Position numbers and translations under genes: made by a program
Notes under the pieces: generated by a model
Database searches by the model: none
Seen by the model: only the letters and a program-made list of their open reading frames with translations
Told to the model about the DNA's origin: nothing
Source: Epithemia pelagica
Lineage: Eukaryota; Protista; Bacillariophyta
Length of the DNA stretch: 64,000 bases
NCBI GenBank assembly: GCA_946965045.2
Contig: OX337238.1
Location: 558,001 to 622,000, forward strand
Reading direction: 5' to 3'
Part shown: piece by piece, positions 34,703 to 47,482 of the stretch
Position numbering within the stretch: position 1 is the stretch's first letter
How the letters are laid out: each line of letters begins with the position of its first letter

Positions 34703-35334
34703 TAGAGGTGGCTCCAGCAACAGCTCATCTCTGCTGGAGCTAGGTAAGCGCTGGAGACGTCTCTGCTGGAGCTAGGTAAGCGCCCCAGCTGGAGAAAAGA
34801 CTACCTGTGCTACCGGGATGAAAATACTTAGCTAGAAGCTAGTGAATCTATCTTATGGTGAGAACACATGTTCCCAATTCTCACGTAAAAAATGTAAATC
34901 TGTAACGGTGGAAGGGTCCAGTGATGCTTGTTTCGCAGATATGATCAGTCCTGCAATACTGAATGCCCGTTCAGAAGAGGCAGCAGTCGCAGGCAATGCA
35001 AGATATTTTCTTGCTAGGCGCCAAATGTTGGGAAATTCACTTACTTTCATCCGGAGTGCCATCCATATCAAGCTCTTCCACCTTTGATGAGTCATCATTA
35101 TCATTGTAATCAGACATTGTGGAAGGCAGTGTGGAGCAAATGAATGACACAGGGTCAGCAATGACCAGTGCGGAGCAAATGAATGACATGCAACAGGCAA
35201 CAGGCAACAGTCACAGAGAACGGCGACCAATGTAGCGCACTTTTCCAGCAACAGAAAATCTCTGCTGGAGTTTCTCCAGCGCTGGAGATCCAGCGCTGGA
35301 GATGCGCGTCCGCTCACCGCTGGAGCCACCTCTA
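34703..35334 (-). mobile_element. Non-autonomous hAT DNA transposon (632 bp, internally deleted)
   Basis: Perfect 16-bp TIRs tagaggtggctccagc (34703-34718) and gctggagccacctcta (35319-35334). Identical 8-bp TSD aaaatgaa (34695-34702 and 35335-35342). Subterminal CTGGAG arrays. Retains the hAT C-terminal dimerisation motif FPNIWRLARKYLALPATAASSERAFSIAG...LHFLREN (stop at 34853). Confidence 0.95.
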
Positions 35335-35717
35335 AAAATGAAGGGCGAGAAAAAGTTGTGTCTTGGCAAGACCTGTGTGTTCGGTCTGTTCTGCACACCG
35401 CAACCGCATGCCATAATCGAGTCAGGTTTCCCCCAGCTCCCCCAATCGAATAATGCGACTGCGAGCCGCTCGGCAAAGAGTAAGGTTAGGTAGATAGAGT
35501 ACAACATAGGAGTAACATATTATGGCAATTGGCAATGGCATGCAATACACATACTCCTAGATAGTGGCAATATCGGCCTACCTCATCATCAACTGCGAGA
35601 TTGAGATTACGTATCTACTCCTACCTAGATATCGTGTTTTAACTCTAACAACTAACGATCTACGAGCAATAACAACGTACAAGTTTTGATGCAGTTCATC
35701 GTTCTCCTTTCCATTTC

Positions 35718-36653
35718 CTACTTTTGTTTCGAAGCTCGTCGCCTCCACGGTTTAAAACCTTTCGAATGGTCCGATCCATTTTCTAACGCCGGATGTTCCT
35801 GTTGCTGTTCAATATACGGTGTCGAGCTGGAATTGTTGTTGGACTGGAGCACTTGTCGTTCCACGGTTCCGTCCGCTTTGCGAACAATACGTTCGGTGAC
35901 TGTTTCTTCTTGTCCATTCACGATTCGTCGCGTTGTTTGGGTCGTCACGGATTCACCACCCCCCATTCCACCAAACGAAGTCGTGGAGGAACTGCTAAAG
36001 ACGGAATAGTTGGATCCCGGGTGAGAATGGTTGGAAGATGATCGCATGTTGTTCATATCATCGTTGATGGAACTGCGCATCGAATCAAACATGTCATCGA
36101 AACGAGAAAAAATACTATTGGAACCACCACCGCCAAACATGCTACCCCCTGGTCGTCCAAATGGATCGGCAAAAAACGGATCATTCATGAATGGATGCAT
36201 GGCATTTTGATGGTGTTGTTGGTGTGCAAAGTGTGGTCCACTCGCTCCAAAGTTTGCCGAGGGACCACCAAATTCTTCTCGAAACACATGTCGAAAAACC
36301 TCAAAAGGATCATGAAAATGAAAGTGTTGTTGGAAATGAGAATCAAAGTGCGAATTTGGATGATGTTGCTGCTGTTGAAAGTTGTTGTTGTGGAACTTGG
36401 TGCCCTGGTTTGCAGACGCATGACTCCCAGCCATGGATTGCTGGTCAAATTCGGCACGTTTTCGTTCATCGGATAAGAGTTCATAGGCATTGGAGATTTT
36501 GGCAAATAACAAGTTGGCCGTGGCCTTGTCTTCGGGTGCGACCCGATCGGGGTGGTGCTGAAGCGCCGCCTTGCGGTAAGCACTCCGGATTTGAGAAGCC
36601 GAAGCGTCTCGGCTAACTCCCAACAAATCGTACGGGTCGTCCTGAACATCCAT
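35718..36653 (-). CDS. DnaJ/Hsp40, DNAJB6-like (J domain, G/F-rich region, S/T-rich C-terminal domain)
   Basis: DPYDLLGV...AYRKAALQHHPD...AYELLSD; FHFHDPFEVFRHVF; ESVTTQTTRRIVNGQEETVTERIV. Confidence 0.9.
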   Translation of the reverse strand: MDVQDDPYDLLGVSRDASASQIRSAYRKAALQHHPDRVAPEDKATANLLFAKISNAYELLSDERKRAEFDQQSMAGSHASANQGTKFHNNNFQQQQHHPNSHFDSHFQQHFHFHDPFEVFRHVFREEFGGPSANFGASGPHFAHQQHHQNAMHPFMNDPFFADPFGRPGGSMFGGGGSNSIFSRFDDMFDSMRSSINDDMNNMRSSSNHSHPGSNYSVFSSSSTTSFGGMGGGESVTTQTTRRIVNGQEETVTERIVRKADGTVERQVLQSNNNSSSTPYIEQQQEHPALENGSDHSKGFKPWRRRASKQK

Positions 36654-37319
36654 TTTTCGTTTTCCTGTTGTTCGTTTCTGTTTCGGTGATTTAACGACCG
36701 ATGTTCAGAGATCGCTGCAAGGGAAACTCGCTGGATGAAAGACGCCGATTCAACAAACTACGCAGACGTGATTCGTTCGTCGGAAGGGTTTTGAATCTTC
36801 TCACACTTGTCCACTCCAATGATGATGCAGTTTCCAATGCAAACTTGTTTGGCAATCTCGACAATCGCTTGACCGATTTGGACCTTCTGTATTAGTAACT
36901 CAAGATGGCCTTCGGGTTGCTAGAACACAGCCACGCAGTTGTGTTTGCGAAGCAGAATGGTGATCGACATGTTGTTTCGCGATGACTGACGAAAGCAGAC
37001 GAAGATCGCCCATCGCAGTCCCAGTCCCGCGACAAAAAAGGTGCGCAAGAGGGAGGGCCCGCGCACTACAATAAACCAAGTGCGGTGGTGAACCCATCGC
37101 GCGCGCTGAGCTATGATCAAACGGACGATGGCACGAAGGTTCGCACATCATCTCCCCAATCGCGTTCATGTTCGCGGTGGTGTGTCTCTGCAACACACAA
37201 AGACATTGAATCCATGATCCTCACTGACACAGAAGGGACGTGAAAGGACCACCATCCCCATCATCAAGTGTCGGATTTCTGAGTTTGTTCCAGCAAGTTC
37301 ATTCTTTTCCCGATAGACA

Positions 37320-38342
37320 ATGGCACTTGGTCCAAGTTATAATGCTGTAGCAGCGATTCCCCTGACGACGTCGACGGCAAGCCATTCGGCGGCTGCCGCG
37401 GCCTTGGCCAGTTCGCTGGCATCGAAAGCGAGCAGTGGCAGTGGCTTCTCACCCTCACAACGACAACAACAACAACAACACGACAATGATGCGCAGGAAT
37501 CGTTGACCAAGACTCCACAGCGGTATCTCTGGTGGAACATTGGCACGACCTGCGCCGCCATTGCTTGCATTGTCTCGGCGGCCGTCGCCATGTATGTGGA
37601 ACAAACCGTGATGGTCTATGTGGCCTTTTGCTTTCCCATTTTTACGGGTTCTCTGCTGTTGCTTCAAAAAATCCGTCTTGGAGGAATTTCGCCCCTGTGG
37701 ATGCTTCGAAACACCATGAATCAAGTCCAGGGAGATGTCCAACGATTGCACAATGTTCAACACGTGTTTTCCAAGGAAATCTCTCGACTCGAGGCAGAAC
37801 AGGAGGACCTTCAAGATGTCGAACAACAGTTGGAAGACACGGTCAAACAAAGAGGAGGTGACATGCGTGAAATGAAACGACTGGTTCGCGAACATGGTCG
37901 CATCCAAAGACAAATGAAGGTTTGTTTCAATGTTCTTGATCAACTCTCTACGTTCATACATGATGAAGCACGTGAATGTTGGTACTCACACCCATTGAAT
38001 GCTTTACTTCCGGTGTACTGAATGTGTTAGCGTCTGACAGCCGCGAAAGAACTACAGCAGCTCATGAGCGTCATGCTCAATTCCGATCGAAACAAGGATT
38101 TTGTCTTTACCGAAAAGGAGATTGATCAACTATTTATACGACTTCGAGCGTTTAATGTCGTGGATCGCGATCGTCTGCGAACCGTCTTTCAAATGGCCTC
38201 GACCAAAAGCTTTCATCGTTTGTACAAGTCGGCGGTGCAAGAGTTTGCCGCCGCGCCACCACCACCCAAGACGACATTTCTCGGGGATTGCCAGGGGGAC
38301 GAGGCCTTGGGGTCGGCCTTTGACTACATGCCTTGGGAATAG
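37320..38342 (+). CDS. 2-TM + coiled-coil + EF-hand-like loop protein, copy B
   Basis: Exons 37320-37919 and 38031-38342 (303 aa), junction QRQMK|RLTAAKELQQL. SDRNKDFVFTEKEID aligns with copy A SDTNQDFKLTEQELD. Confidence 0.8.
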
Positions 38343-38451
38343 TGTGCTATCAAACATCATGAGCGACTGTACGTTGGGAACATTCTGCAATCGACATGAA
38401 CAAGGCAACCGAGTCCCAACTGTTTTGTTATTTTAGAGCAAACTTTCATTT

Positions 38452-39721
38452 TTATCTTTGGATTGGCAACAGACTGGCCATGGTCATGTGACCGTGGGTA
38501 AAAAAGTTGGTGTTGACGTATCCATCGCAGAAATAGTGACCCAATGGGACACCCGACAAAATGACAAGCGCTGTCCTGGCTGGCTTGGGAAGCATATTGG
38601 CAATCTTGGAAACAATACCCCAATGTCCAATCGAATATTCCAACGATATCAGTATGGCCTGCCATACAAAAAACAAAGAAGTGGTTCCACTTTGCAATTT
38701 TCGTTCGGGGATGACCACAGGCAAGATCCATTCATGGAACAAACCGCTTGCGAAAAACGAACCCAGAACAGCCAACTCTTTGGGTCCTCCCAACTTTCGC
38801 ACAGGCTTATAGACACCGTTCTTGAGGCATGTATGAATGAGAGAGTTCCAACGCCGCCCCCAGAATTCCGATGGTGACGCGGATTCAAACATTGGGTTGT
38901 CCATTAGCATTACGCAATGTCGTCGGGTGATCAAAGTTGTGGCAAACGCCAGGCCTTCCCCAAAGGTTGCAAGATATAACTGAAACAGGACTGCATACAA
39001 GAACGTTGCCTTCCAGCGATGCGGATTGATAATTTCCTCAGGGTTGTACAAATTCGACGGGGTACCACCTCCCAAGGGAGGGAAGAACGGTGACAATGTG
39101 AACAATGACTGGAACATGCCTGTCAAGACAAGGAAACCCAGAAATTTTGTCAAATGCCCAAACACTTTGCTCCATGATGCTTTGAGAAACTTTTGGCTTT
39201 TCTTATCGTAGACCAGATACCTATCAAGACGTCAAGAGGCTAAGAAAAATGGTATCACTTGATAACGTGCTCAACCGCATTCGTACTTACATTGGTGATC
39301 CGAAATATAGAGCAAAGCTACTTGCAGACTTTTTGGCGTAGTCAGGAGTGAAACCAAATACTGCTTCCGTTGTACGGAAAATGGATGTATTGGGAGTAAT
39401 GACACAAATACAAAACATGAATATCTTGTGCTCAATTCCAAAATAGTTTACCATGACTTGTGGTGCGAAGATCCAAAAGGGAAGAAACAGACCAAATCCT
39501 GTTACATAGGCCAAGGTTGTTGAGGGATTCCGAACTGCAGTGTAGTACAAAAGAAAGGAGGAAAGAGCGGCAAAAATGGAATTGGCCACAATCAAACACA
39601 CCAATTCAAGCCAGACGGGTATGCTGAAGAGATAAAAGCCATAATCGTTCCCCTGAAAAGAGAATTGCAGGATGGGGTCGCGATCGTCCTCTGTCCATGT
39701 GTGTGGGTAGGTTAAATCCAT
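38452..39721 (-). CDS. MBOAT acyltransferase (wax synthase / long-chain-alcohol O-acyltransferase-like)
   Basis: Exons 39721-39291 and 39220-38452 (399 aa). Multi-TM; SPSEFWGRRWNSLIH; catalytic His in SGLFHEW. Confidence 0.85.
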
Positions 39722-41099
39722 ATCACTATTATTCTGGTACCCTCAATGGCCCTCTGATGGAGGTTCACAGCACTTTTGACTTCACCCGTAATCTTTACTT
39801 CCATCATGGTCAAATCTCGTGGTCGAAAAGTACGTCAATAAAAGCGACTGATTGGCTGACAGATGCGGGTTTCGGAACGCTCGAGCGTCTTCGGGCCGCA
39901 ATCTTTTGGGCAAAGGAACAAGGAACATGATCGAGAAACCAAACAAACGCGCCATGACAAGTGAAGACATGATGCATAATACAGACAGAAATACAATAGC
40001 GAGTGAAAAATCTGGAGCATCTGACGATCTGCGGGATATGCGACCAGTTCCGAAAGGGTATATACGCGATGATTGAAATCGCTCCCAGGCAGTCTTTTGG
40101 ACGAAGCACGAGGGACAGCCAGATTTCCATTAAGTAAGAATGCGACAAAGCCAACAAGACGATTGCGAAGTATGGCAGCCTCTGCAGAACGGAACAATCT
40201 TTGGTTGTTGCTCTGAATCGACACTGCACTTACAACGCCGATTGACGCTACAAAATTCCATCGCGACATCATGCTCAGGCAGGGATGTGGGAAGCCATTG
40301 TGAGAGTTCAACTTCGATGTTCAACATGCCAATCATCAAATTTTCTCATTTGTTTCGGAAGCTGTGGCAAAGGTTATACAAGACCGGTCCTTCGAAACAA
40401 AAATTCGAAGCCAATACTCACATTTCAAAATTCGAGGTTGTTTCCAAAAGTCCAAAGGTCATTACCAAATGATGGTCCCATTTTTACGGAGTCTAAACTC
40501 TGTGTTCCATTAGAAACCTCGTTGACAACAAGGGCAACTCACTCCAGCCTCGTGGTTTCTTCGAATTCATCAAGCTGATCTATGCTTCAGATCTTTCGAC
40601 GGTCGCATCTATCGTTATATTAAAACGCGTACAGGTCGCGTAAAGTGGCGATGACCCGTGACTCGATTTCGACGGGACTTGCGATCGCCCAAACACACGG
40701 CAACGCGTACAAGTACTCGTGAAGACGCATCACACACGAAGTGCAACAACAACAACTACAATACAATACACACAACACACACCAAAATTGCTCAAGCAAG
40801 TATTCGCGGAAATCAGAACTCCACACAACCACTAATACACAATACACGGACTGCTTTCCAATCAACGCACCAGTGACCACCACTGCTGAAGTGGCCCTCT
40901 ACCAGCAGGAGACGCTGCAAATCCTTCTCAAGCTCGTTGCAAAAGTCTTGAGACCCGTGGAAAACTTCGTCATCACCTGAGAAACCTCGTCAAAAGTACC
41001 CGCTTAGATGTCAACGTTTTCCAAGTCGTGCTGTTCCTTGTTCTTGATCGATTGTCATTCAAACCAACTGCAGGAAATGCATTACATATGATAGAAAGC

Positions 41100-42594
41100 A
41101 TGTCGATAGACGACAATCTAATTCAATGCATAGGAGAAGACACTGTGTTGTGGTCGCCCTCCACCAACTCTTTTGCCAAAACTTCAGAACTGCTGACAAA
41201 CAAAGTGGTACGAAGGACTGTTCGTTTTAGTGTTGGTTTCATTGGAAGTGAACTCACGGACACGAAAATCGTTGCTGTTCAGGTTCTTCTTTATTTCAGC
41301 TCTCACTGGTGTGGTCGTAAGTGGTCCTCTGTTCATCCACAGTAAAAAATCGCACGACTGCGCCTCACTGATGTCTTGTCTTCTGGTCGTTCTTACCAAT
41401 AGCATGTAAGACCTTCACTCCAATGCTCTGTGAGCTGTACAGCTGCTTGAAATTGCGTAATAGCGAAGACTTTGAGATAGTATTTTGCTCGATGGATGCG
41501 TTCGAATGCGAATACACACATTATTGTAAGACAATGCCATGGTGGTGTTTGTCTTTCCAGTCTCCGGTAGCTTCGCGACTGACAACCTTCTATAAAGCCG
41601 ACGGCATTCCAAGTCTCGTTGTTATTGATCGCAATGGTCAACTAATAACACGAGACGCGGTAAGCCAAGTTGCGTGTGATCCCTCCGGTGCCAATTTTCC
41701 CTGGAGGCCAAGGGCAATGGTGGACCTGTTACCCGATTACTACTTAAACTCTGCTTGTGGCTCGCGGTCACCCATGCGGGAATTGGACCATAAGTATCTT
41801 CTCATCTTTGCTGCAGGGCAATGGTGTCCGCCCTGTCGGTGTTTTGCGCAAACGCTTTCAAAGGCATACCTCAATCTGAAGAGACATCGTCAGGATTTCG
41901 AGGTGAGCAATGACTATTCGTACATCACGTCATCATTTACAACTTTCGCTGACAACCTGGTCCACTGCTTTGCGCTGTACAGATACTGTTTTTGAGTTCA
42001 GACAAGGACGAAAAGGCATTCATAGACTTTTTTAGTCAGATGCCGTTTGGTGCAATACCTTTCCAAGCACGAGAGGCCAAAGCTGCTATTGCAAACAAGT
42101 TTTGTATACAGCGGATTCCACAGTTGCTTGTGTTTGGACCTAGACCACAATGCGGTGGTGATCGCCCCCTCATCAATGCTGATGTACGTGGTATCTTCGA
42201 ATCAGGAGATTACATGAAGGAATTTCCATATCAACCACAGAAATATGGAGACCTCAATCGCACAACCCATGACATCAACAAATCAAAAAGTATAGTTGTC
42301 TTTAGTGAGTTCTGTGACGATTGTGAGCAAGAGGATCTGCAAGAAACCCTGAAATGCGCCTCGGCTTCATACCAAGGATCAGAAGACGTGAAGTTCTTCT
42401 GGGTTGTCCAGCCGACCGAGTTTACCCAAACTCTACGCGCTGCTTTGAAACTGCCATCAAGGCAAGAAAAGGCGCTTATGGTGCTTTTGGATCTTCATGA
42501 CGATGGTGCATACTACGTCAGTCCCTCTGAGGACGTATCAATTCAGTCCGTACTGGACTTTGTACATCATCCAGGAATTCGCATGCAGGTATAG
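41100..42594 (+). CDS. Nucleoredoxin/tryparedoxin-like protein (two WCxPC thioredoxin domains plus a C-terminal non-catalytic Trx-like domain)
   Basis: Exons 41100-41207, 41283-41316, 41403-41902 and 41983-42594 (417 aa). LYFSSHWCG|PCKTFTP (active site split by an intron), GIPSLVVID, FAAGQWCPPCR, IPQLLVF. Confidence 0.88.
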
Positions 42595-42802
42595 CATGTC
42601 CCATCTCCCATCTGTAAAGTAGTGTTAACTATGTCAAGTATACTGTTTTTCTTTGTTGACAAATTAGTGACACTAATCTGACCAAAGGCCATGAAGAAAG
42701 AATACAAACATGAATATATAAGTCTTTTATTAAGGCACTTATCACTTACTCCTAGCCCCTAACGCATTACAGTTCACAATCTCGTACTCAAGCTCCTTGC
42801 TC

Positions 42803-44621
42803 TTACTCATTCGAATTTGCTGCTTCATCCTTGCGCTTGATGGTTTCCAACATGGCCGCGAATGCGGCTTCCTCGTACATTCGAACGGCATCCTTCTCTT
42901 CGGCGTCGCAACCAGCAGGAGGTTCCATGTTCATCCAAACTTCACCGAGCTTTTGCACGGCTTCAGTCCTGTACCTACGAATTTCCTTATCCACAGAGTC
43001 ATCATGGAAGATCATCATGCATGTTTCGTGAAGAGTGGCGGTAATATCAACTACGTTGGTTGTCCACAAGATACGCAAAGTGATCTCGACTGCAGCCTTT
43101 TGCATTTCCTCCTGAAGCTTCTGCTTTTCTTCGTCCGATTTGGCTGCTTCGATCTTCTCTTGGTATTGTTTGGCAAGTTTGATCATGTCCATTCCTGCTC
43201 TCAAATGGTCCATTTGGTTCTTATTCTGGGCTTTCCTTTGTTCAATGCGTGCGTGTTGAGCTTCGGCCCAATCCGCCATGGCAGGAAGGCCATACCCATT
43301 TTCCAAAGAGCCAATTTGCTTGGTCGCAATCAAGTTGTACACCTTACCACAAGTCGTGACCATTGGATACCCAAAACTTGCAGTGCTCAAGTCTTGCGCC
43401 TCGGCGGTCCATTTAGCCACAAATTCAGAAGGATCTTCATTTCCTGCCTTTCGAAGATTGACATATCCCTCAACACGGTCGATCAATTTGACAGCCAATC
43501 GAACAACACGACGCTTTTGGAGTTCTCTGGCAGTCTTGGGAGACACATCTGGAGAGTCACCAACCGAGGCCGACGTAGCGTTGGCAAGAGGACCAGTAAT
43601 GTCCTTGAATTTGTCAGATCCAAACAAGAAAGCGAACAAGATGACAGGATCGATCTTGGGAGCCTCATCCGGATCCTGGTTGTTCTTGAGACCATCACGA
43701 CCCTCCTTGTTGTACTTGGCACGCTTCGCCTCGTCACTGAGCACTTGATACGCTTCTCCAATCACCTTAAACTTCTCAGCCGCCTCATCGTTGCCAGGAT
43801 TCTTGTCTGGGTGGAATTCACGAGCAAGTTTGTAGTAATTGCGCTTGATGGTACCCTGGTCAGCAGTCGCTTCAACACCAAGCGTTTCATAGTAAAACAT
43901 GTCCACCACTTCGGTTTTGCCACCCTCATCTTTTTTCTCATCCAACTTGGCCTCGACTTCGCCAAGAAGGTCGCTATTGTCCTCCGGAAGACCCTCAATC
44001 TTTTTGGCTTCTTCCTCCATATTTGTTTTGATCCATTTTCCTTCGTATTCATTCCACCATTTGCCACGACGAGGAGCCACCACCTGCTGAGGAACGGCCA
44101 CAACACCACGGACCATTTGAACGACACCACTCACTGCACCTCCAACGATCAAGGCCGCGGCCCCCAAGGCACCACCGACGGCTCCAGCGGTCAACCCAAA
44201 CACTCTGCAAATACGATCATTTCAGGTGAAAGCAAGTAAGAAACTTCCTCTTAAGTTCCACATAAACACTCTAAGCCATCAGAAAACAACATCTGGACCT
44301 ACCCTCCCAAAAGACCGGCATGCTTTGCCCCAACGGCGAAACCCATGACTCTGTTTCACAAGTACGAAAGAAACAAGAGCATTGTAAGAACAGTGTCATT
44401 GCTATCAAACTCAGGCGACTTAGAGGAAGCCTTCCGTTTCCAGTTACGTACGGCAAGAGCACGGCCACTCCAGCTCCACCAACAGCCCCCGATACAATGT
44501 TCGACATTCCAGATCCAACCCCTTCGCGAAGATTCTTGGGGCGGGTCGTATTCAAGATACCCTCCAGCTTTTCAGCTGCCTGCTTGCGCTCGGCTTCCAG
44601 TTCAGCTTCCGATTTACCCAT
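42803..44621 (-). CDS. Type III J-protein with DnaJ-X domain (Caj1/Djp1/ATJ10-like)
   Basis: Exons 44621-44452, 44350-44303 and 44204-42803 (539 aa). Gly-rich hydrophobic N-terminus; YYETLGV...HPDKNP...AYQVLSD; X domain [13 protein letters not shown]...W..N..DI..TL. Confidence 0.88.
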
Positions 44622-45036
44622 TCTTGATTGCTTTTTGATTCACTTGTTTTCGTGTAAACGTAATTGCTTTCTGTATGTTGTTCTTTTCGCTGTTGCTTAG
44701 ATTATGACCCCAAGCCCCAAGTCGAGGCAAAAGATACGTCGTGGAAACAAGTCGACGAAGAAAGAAAATTGACGCGAGAATGAATTTTCGTCGGTTCGCA
44801 TAATCCCGGGACTGGGTTTTCGTCGCGGATATTGCGTCTTCCAAAGGGTGACTCAAAGACGTAGGTAGATGGGTCGTGCATTCTTAGTTGGGACGATCAT
44901 AACCTATTTGCAAAGCCGTAATGCCCTCTAGGGAAAACCGAAACGAAGACAGCCGTCGGAGAAGCTATGTCTTTGAGAAGCAAGACGAATAAGTTCAAAT
45001 TACTTACTCCAAGTATAGCGTGAAGCGGCTCTTCCA

Positions 45037-47058
45037 TCATAATCGAAAGCCAATAGTTGGCTTTAGGTTTCGAATGGCAACGCCAAGGGTACCGACATAA
45101 GTTGTGATCACCTCATATCGATCAACAATCTCTTTGGGTATTCCTCGTTGTTTCGGTGGTGGGGAAGTGTCTTGGAAAGACGAAGATGCGTCGATATGGT
45201 TCTGTGGTTCTTGCACGTTTCGGTGAGAGACCGCGATGGTGGCTAGTGGATCGTTTTGAACCTCATAGGATGGAAGACAAAGTTGGAGCTGAATTAGTTG
45301 AGACCACAACAATTCTGACCGTAAAAACCAATTATCCTGGACCGGAATCAAGCTCATGAGCTGCTCCATGCGTTCCTGGACAACCTGAAACTGGCGAAGA
45401 AAACATCCCAATGATATATGCGCTGCCCACACTGGAGCCATGATGAGTTGATTTTCGAAAGGAGATTCCTTGAAATCATTACCCCTGAGAAAGTCATCTA
45501 GAATCACACCGATAGCGTCAAATACTTCTCGATATTCGCTTCGAGCTGCGGAAGAAAAGCTTTGTAACATTCCATCGGGTTTTTGCTGGTTCGAGACAAT
45601 CGATAGACTTGCCACATGTTTCAACACGTCCAATATAACTTCGCCGATGTATAACGCCGCTGCAGCCGGAGCATGTTCCACATCTGCATCTTCGTACTGT
45701 TGTTCTTGCTGCTGCAACTGTAAATGCGAAATTGCTTTGGGAAGATACTGATCAACCATGTCTCGGATCGTCGCCGTTGATGGTAGTCTAGGCGGTGACG
45801 TGAAACGTTGCAAGGGGCCTTGTGAGGGTATTGGAATCGACTGAAGTATGCGCTGCACCGTAAACGTCTGATGGAATACATTCTCTGTACCATGTTGTGC
45901 TATCTCCACATCCATGCAACTCTCCGCTACTATGGCTCTGATAGCCTCGCGGTATAGTTTGTGATGAGGGTGGCCAACAGACGCGACGCGATCGATTGAA
46001 GCCGCATGTAATGCCAAGTCAGTAAACTCTACCGAGGTCTTGGGAATTGGATATCGTCCCATGTGAATTTCTTTTTGTAAATGATCCAAAGTCTGCTGGA
46101 TAAATGGACCGAAATTCCTCTCTCTCTCGTTCAAGAGTATTTCTTCGTCAGAGACACGGGGATTCTCGAAGGAGAGACTGGCGATTGGTAGAGGCAACTC
46201 AATAGAAGATCCTCCCTTAGCACCATCGGCATCATTCTCTCTCTCTGAAAGAAAAGTATCAGCAGCCTTTGGGAGAATATCATTAGGAATGACGTTCCCG
46301 ATAACCTGAGTTGACGACTCTTCCATTTGCTCCAAATTAGTTTTGTTATCAAGGGGTGGCAACTTGAGTTTGAGCAGGGGTATCAGTACTGGATCAATCA
46401 CCGTGACGGTTGGTCTTGACTCCGACAAATGCTGATACTGACAATATGGGTCGGAACACACGCCATTCAGTTCAAAAGGACAAAGAGGGATATTGGGATC
46501 GAAACCACTTCGTTGTACGGTCTCTTCCTGAATGTTCGAATCTGTTTCAATTGCGTGAGATGGTGAAACCATTATATGTAGATCAAGGCAGGTTCTTTTC
46601 ATTGACTGTAGGCGAAGCCATGCTTGCTTTCCTGAAAGCTTGGCATCCATGTCTAGGGGCAAGAACTCATGGGTGGAGGCTTCCAAAAGCGCCTTTATGT
46701 CGCTTTTGTACGTGTCGGAGGAAAATGTCCGAGTACTGTTGGCATCCATGGCAGAGAGGGGGTACTCCAACACTGTTTGTGAGAGTCGCTCTCGGCTCTT
46801 GGATAACGTGCGACGCAGGTCGTCCTTCAATTTTTGCTGCCGCTGCCTCGTCGTCCTAAGGTTTTCAATCCTCTCTTGCATTGACACGATTTTGTTGGAC
46901 AGTTCCATTTCTTGCTGCACCGCATCCTGGAGCTGCCCTTGTACGTGTCGTTTTCGTTTCCCAATGGAGACAGCACATTCTTTCAACACGTCCACCTTTT
47001 CTTCCACCAGAATACGATGTTCATCTGTAGAGGAAAATTCATGGTTGTCATTGCTCAT
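45037..47058 (-). CDS. zf-C3H1 (ZFC3H1/Red1-type) zinc-finger protein with N-terminal coiled coil
   Basis: DPNIPLCPFELNGVCSDPYCQYQH matches the ZFC3H1/Red1 finger pattern (recalled). The 3' end may be spliced. Confidence 0.7.
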   Translation of the reverse strand: MSNDNHEFSSTDEHRILVEEKVDVLKECAVSIGKRKRHVQGQLQDAVQQEMELSNKIVSMQERIENLRTTRQRQQKLKDDLRRTLSKSRERLSQTVLEYPLSAMDANSTRTFSSDTYKSDIKALLEASTHEFLPLDMDAKLSGKQAWLRLQSMKRTCLDLHIMVSPSHAIETDSNIQEETVQRSGFDPNIPLCPFELNGVCSDPYCQYQHLSESRPTVTVIDPVLIPLLKLKLPPLDNKTNLEQMEESSTQVIGNVIPNDILPKAADTFLSERENDADGAKGGSSIELPLPIASLSFENPRVSDEEILLNERERNFGPFIQQTLDHLQKEIHMGRYPIPKTSVEFTDLALHAASIDRVASVGHPHHKLYREAIRAIVAESCMDVEIAQHGTENVFHQTFTVQRILQSIPIPSQGPLQRFTSPPRLPSTATIRDMVDQYLPKAISHLQLQQQEQQYEDADVEHAPAAAALYIGEVILDVLKHVASLSIVSNQQKPDGMLQSFSSAARSEYREVFDAIGVILDDFLRGNDFKESPFENQLIMAPVWAAHISLGCFLRQFQVVQERMEQLMSLIPVQDNWFLRSELLWSQLIQLQLCLPSYEVQNDPLATIAVSHRNVQEPQNHIDASSSFQDTSPPPKQRGIPKEIVDRYEVITTYVGTLGVAIRNLKPTIGFRL

Positions 47059-47333
47059 GTTCTTCTCATGTTTGGCTGATGACTTGACATTCTTTTAGGA
47101 GTAGGAGTACTTTGTATTGGATGATCATTGTGTCGGGTGGATGTGGATGGTGGATGGATGAAGTTTGGTCAACCATTCATGTCACGAATATTTTCCGCGT
47201 CCACATCTTTTTCTGTTCGCCCCGGACCCGGAGGAGAAAAAGCCATGCGCGTACAGAAGATGCGTACTCTATCGAGCGATCGTTGGTTTTACGTAGAAAT
47301 CCATGCATCCTACCCCCAAGCATGGGGTGAGTC

Positions 47334-47349
47334 CAATCACGCGTGATTG
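47334..47349. promoter_or_regulatory. Perfect 16-bp palindrome with ACGCGT core in divergent promoter
   Basis: caatcacgcgtgattg is self-complementary. Function is inference. Confidence 0.3.
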
Positions 47350-47482
47350 AATGCACTTCGTGCATTCGTCTACTCACCCCCACGGCTCGACCTGGTCTCT
47401 CTCGACTCTGATACAAAATTCATGCAACGCACCCTCATTCATCACGGTGGTGGAGGTGCAGTGGTCCAGAACATCTTCTTTA

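Noticed and set aside
29508-39721. Biosynthetic gene cluster (prenyl synthase + FMO + MBOAT acyltransferase)
   Set aside because: The prenyl synthase looks like the housekeeping plastoquinone-tail enzyme, the genes are interleaved with unrelated ones, and there is no co-expression or synteny evidence.
39800-41000. Possible gene or lncRNA (CAA-rich tract at 40740-40850)
   Set aside because: No convincing ATG-initiated ORF or RNA motif; cannot be supported without expression data.
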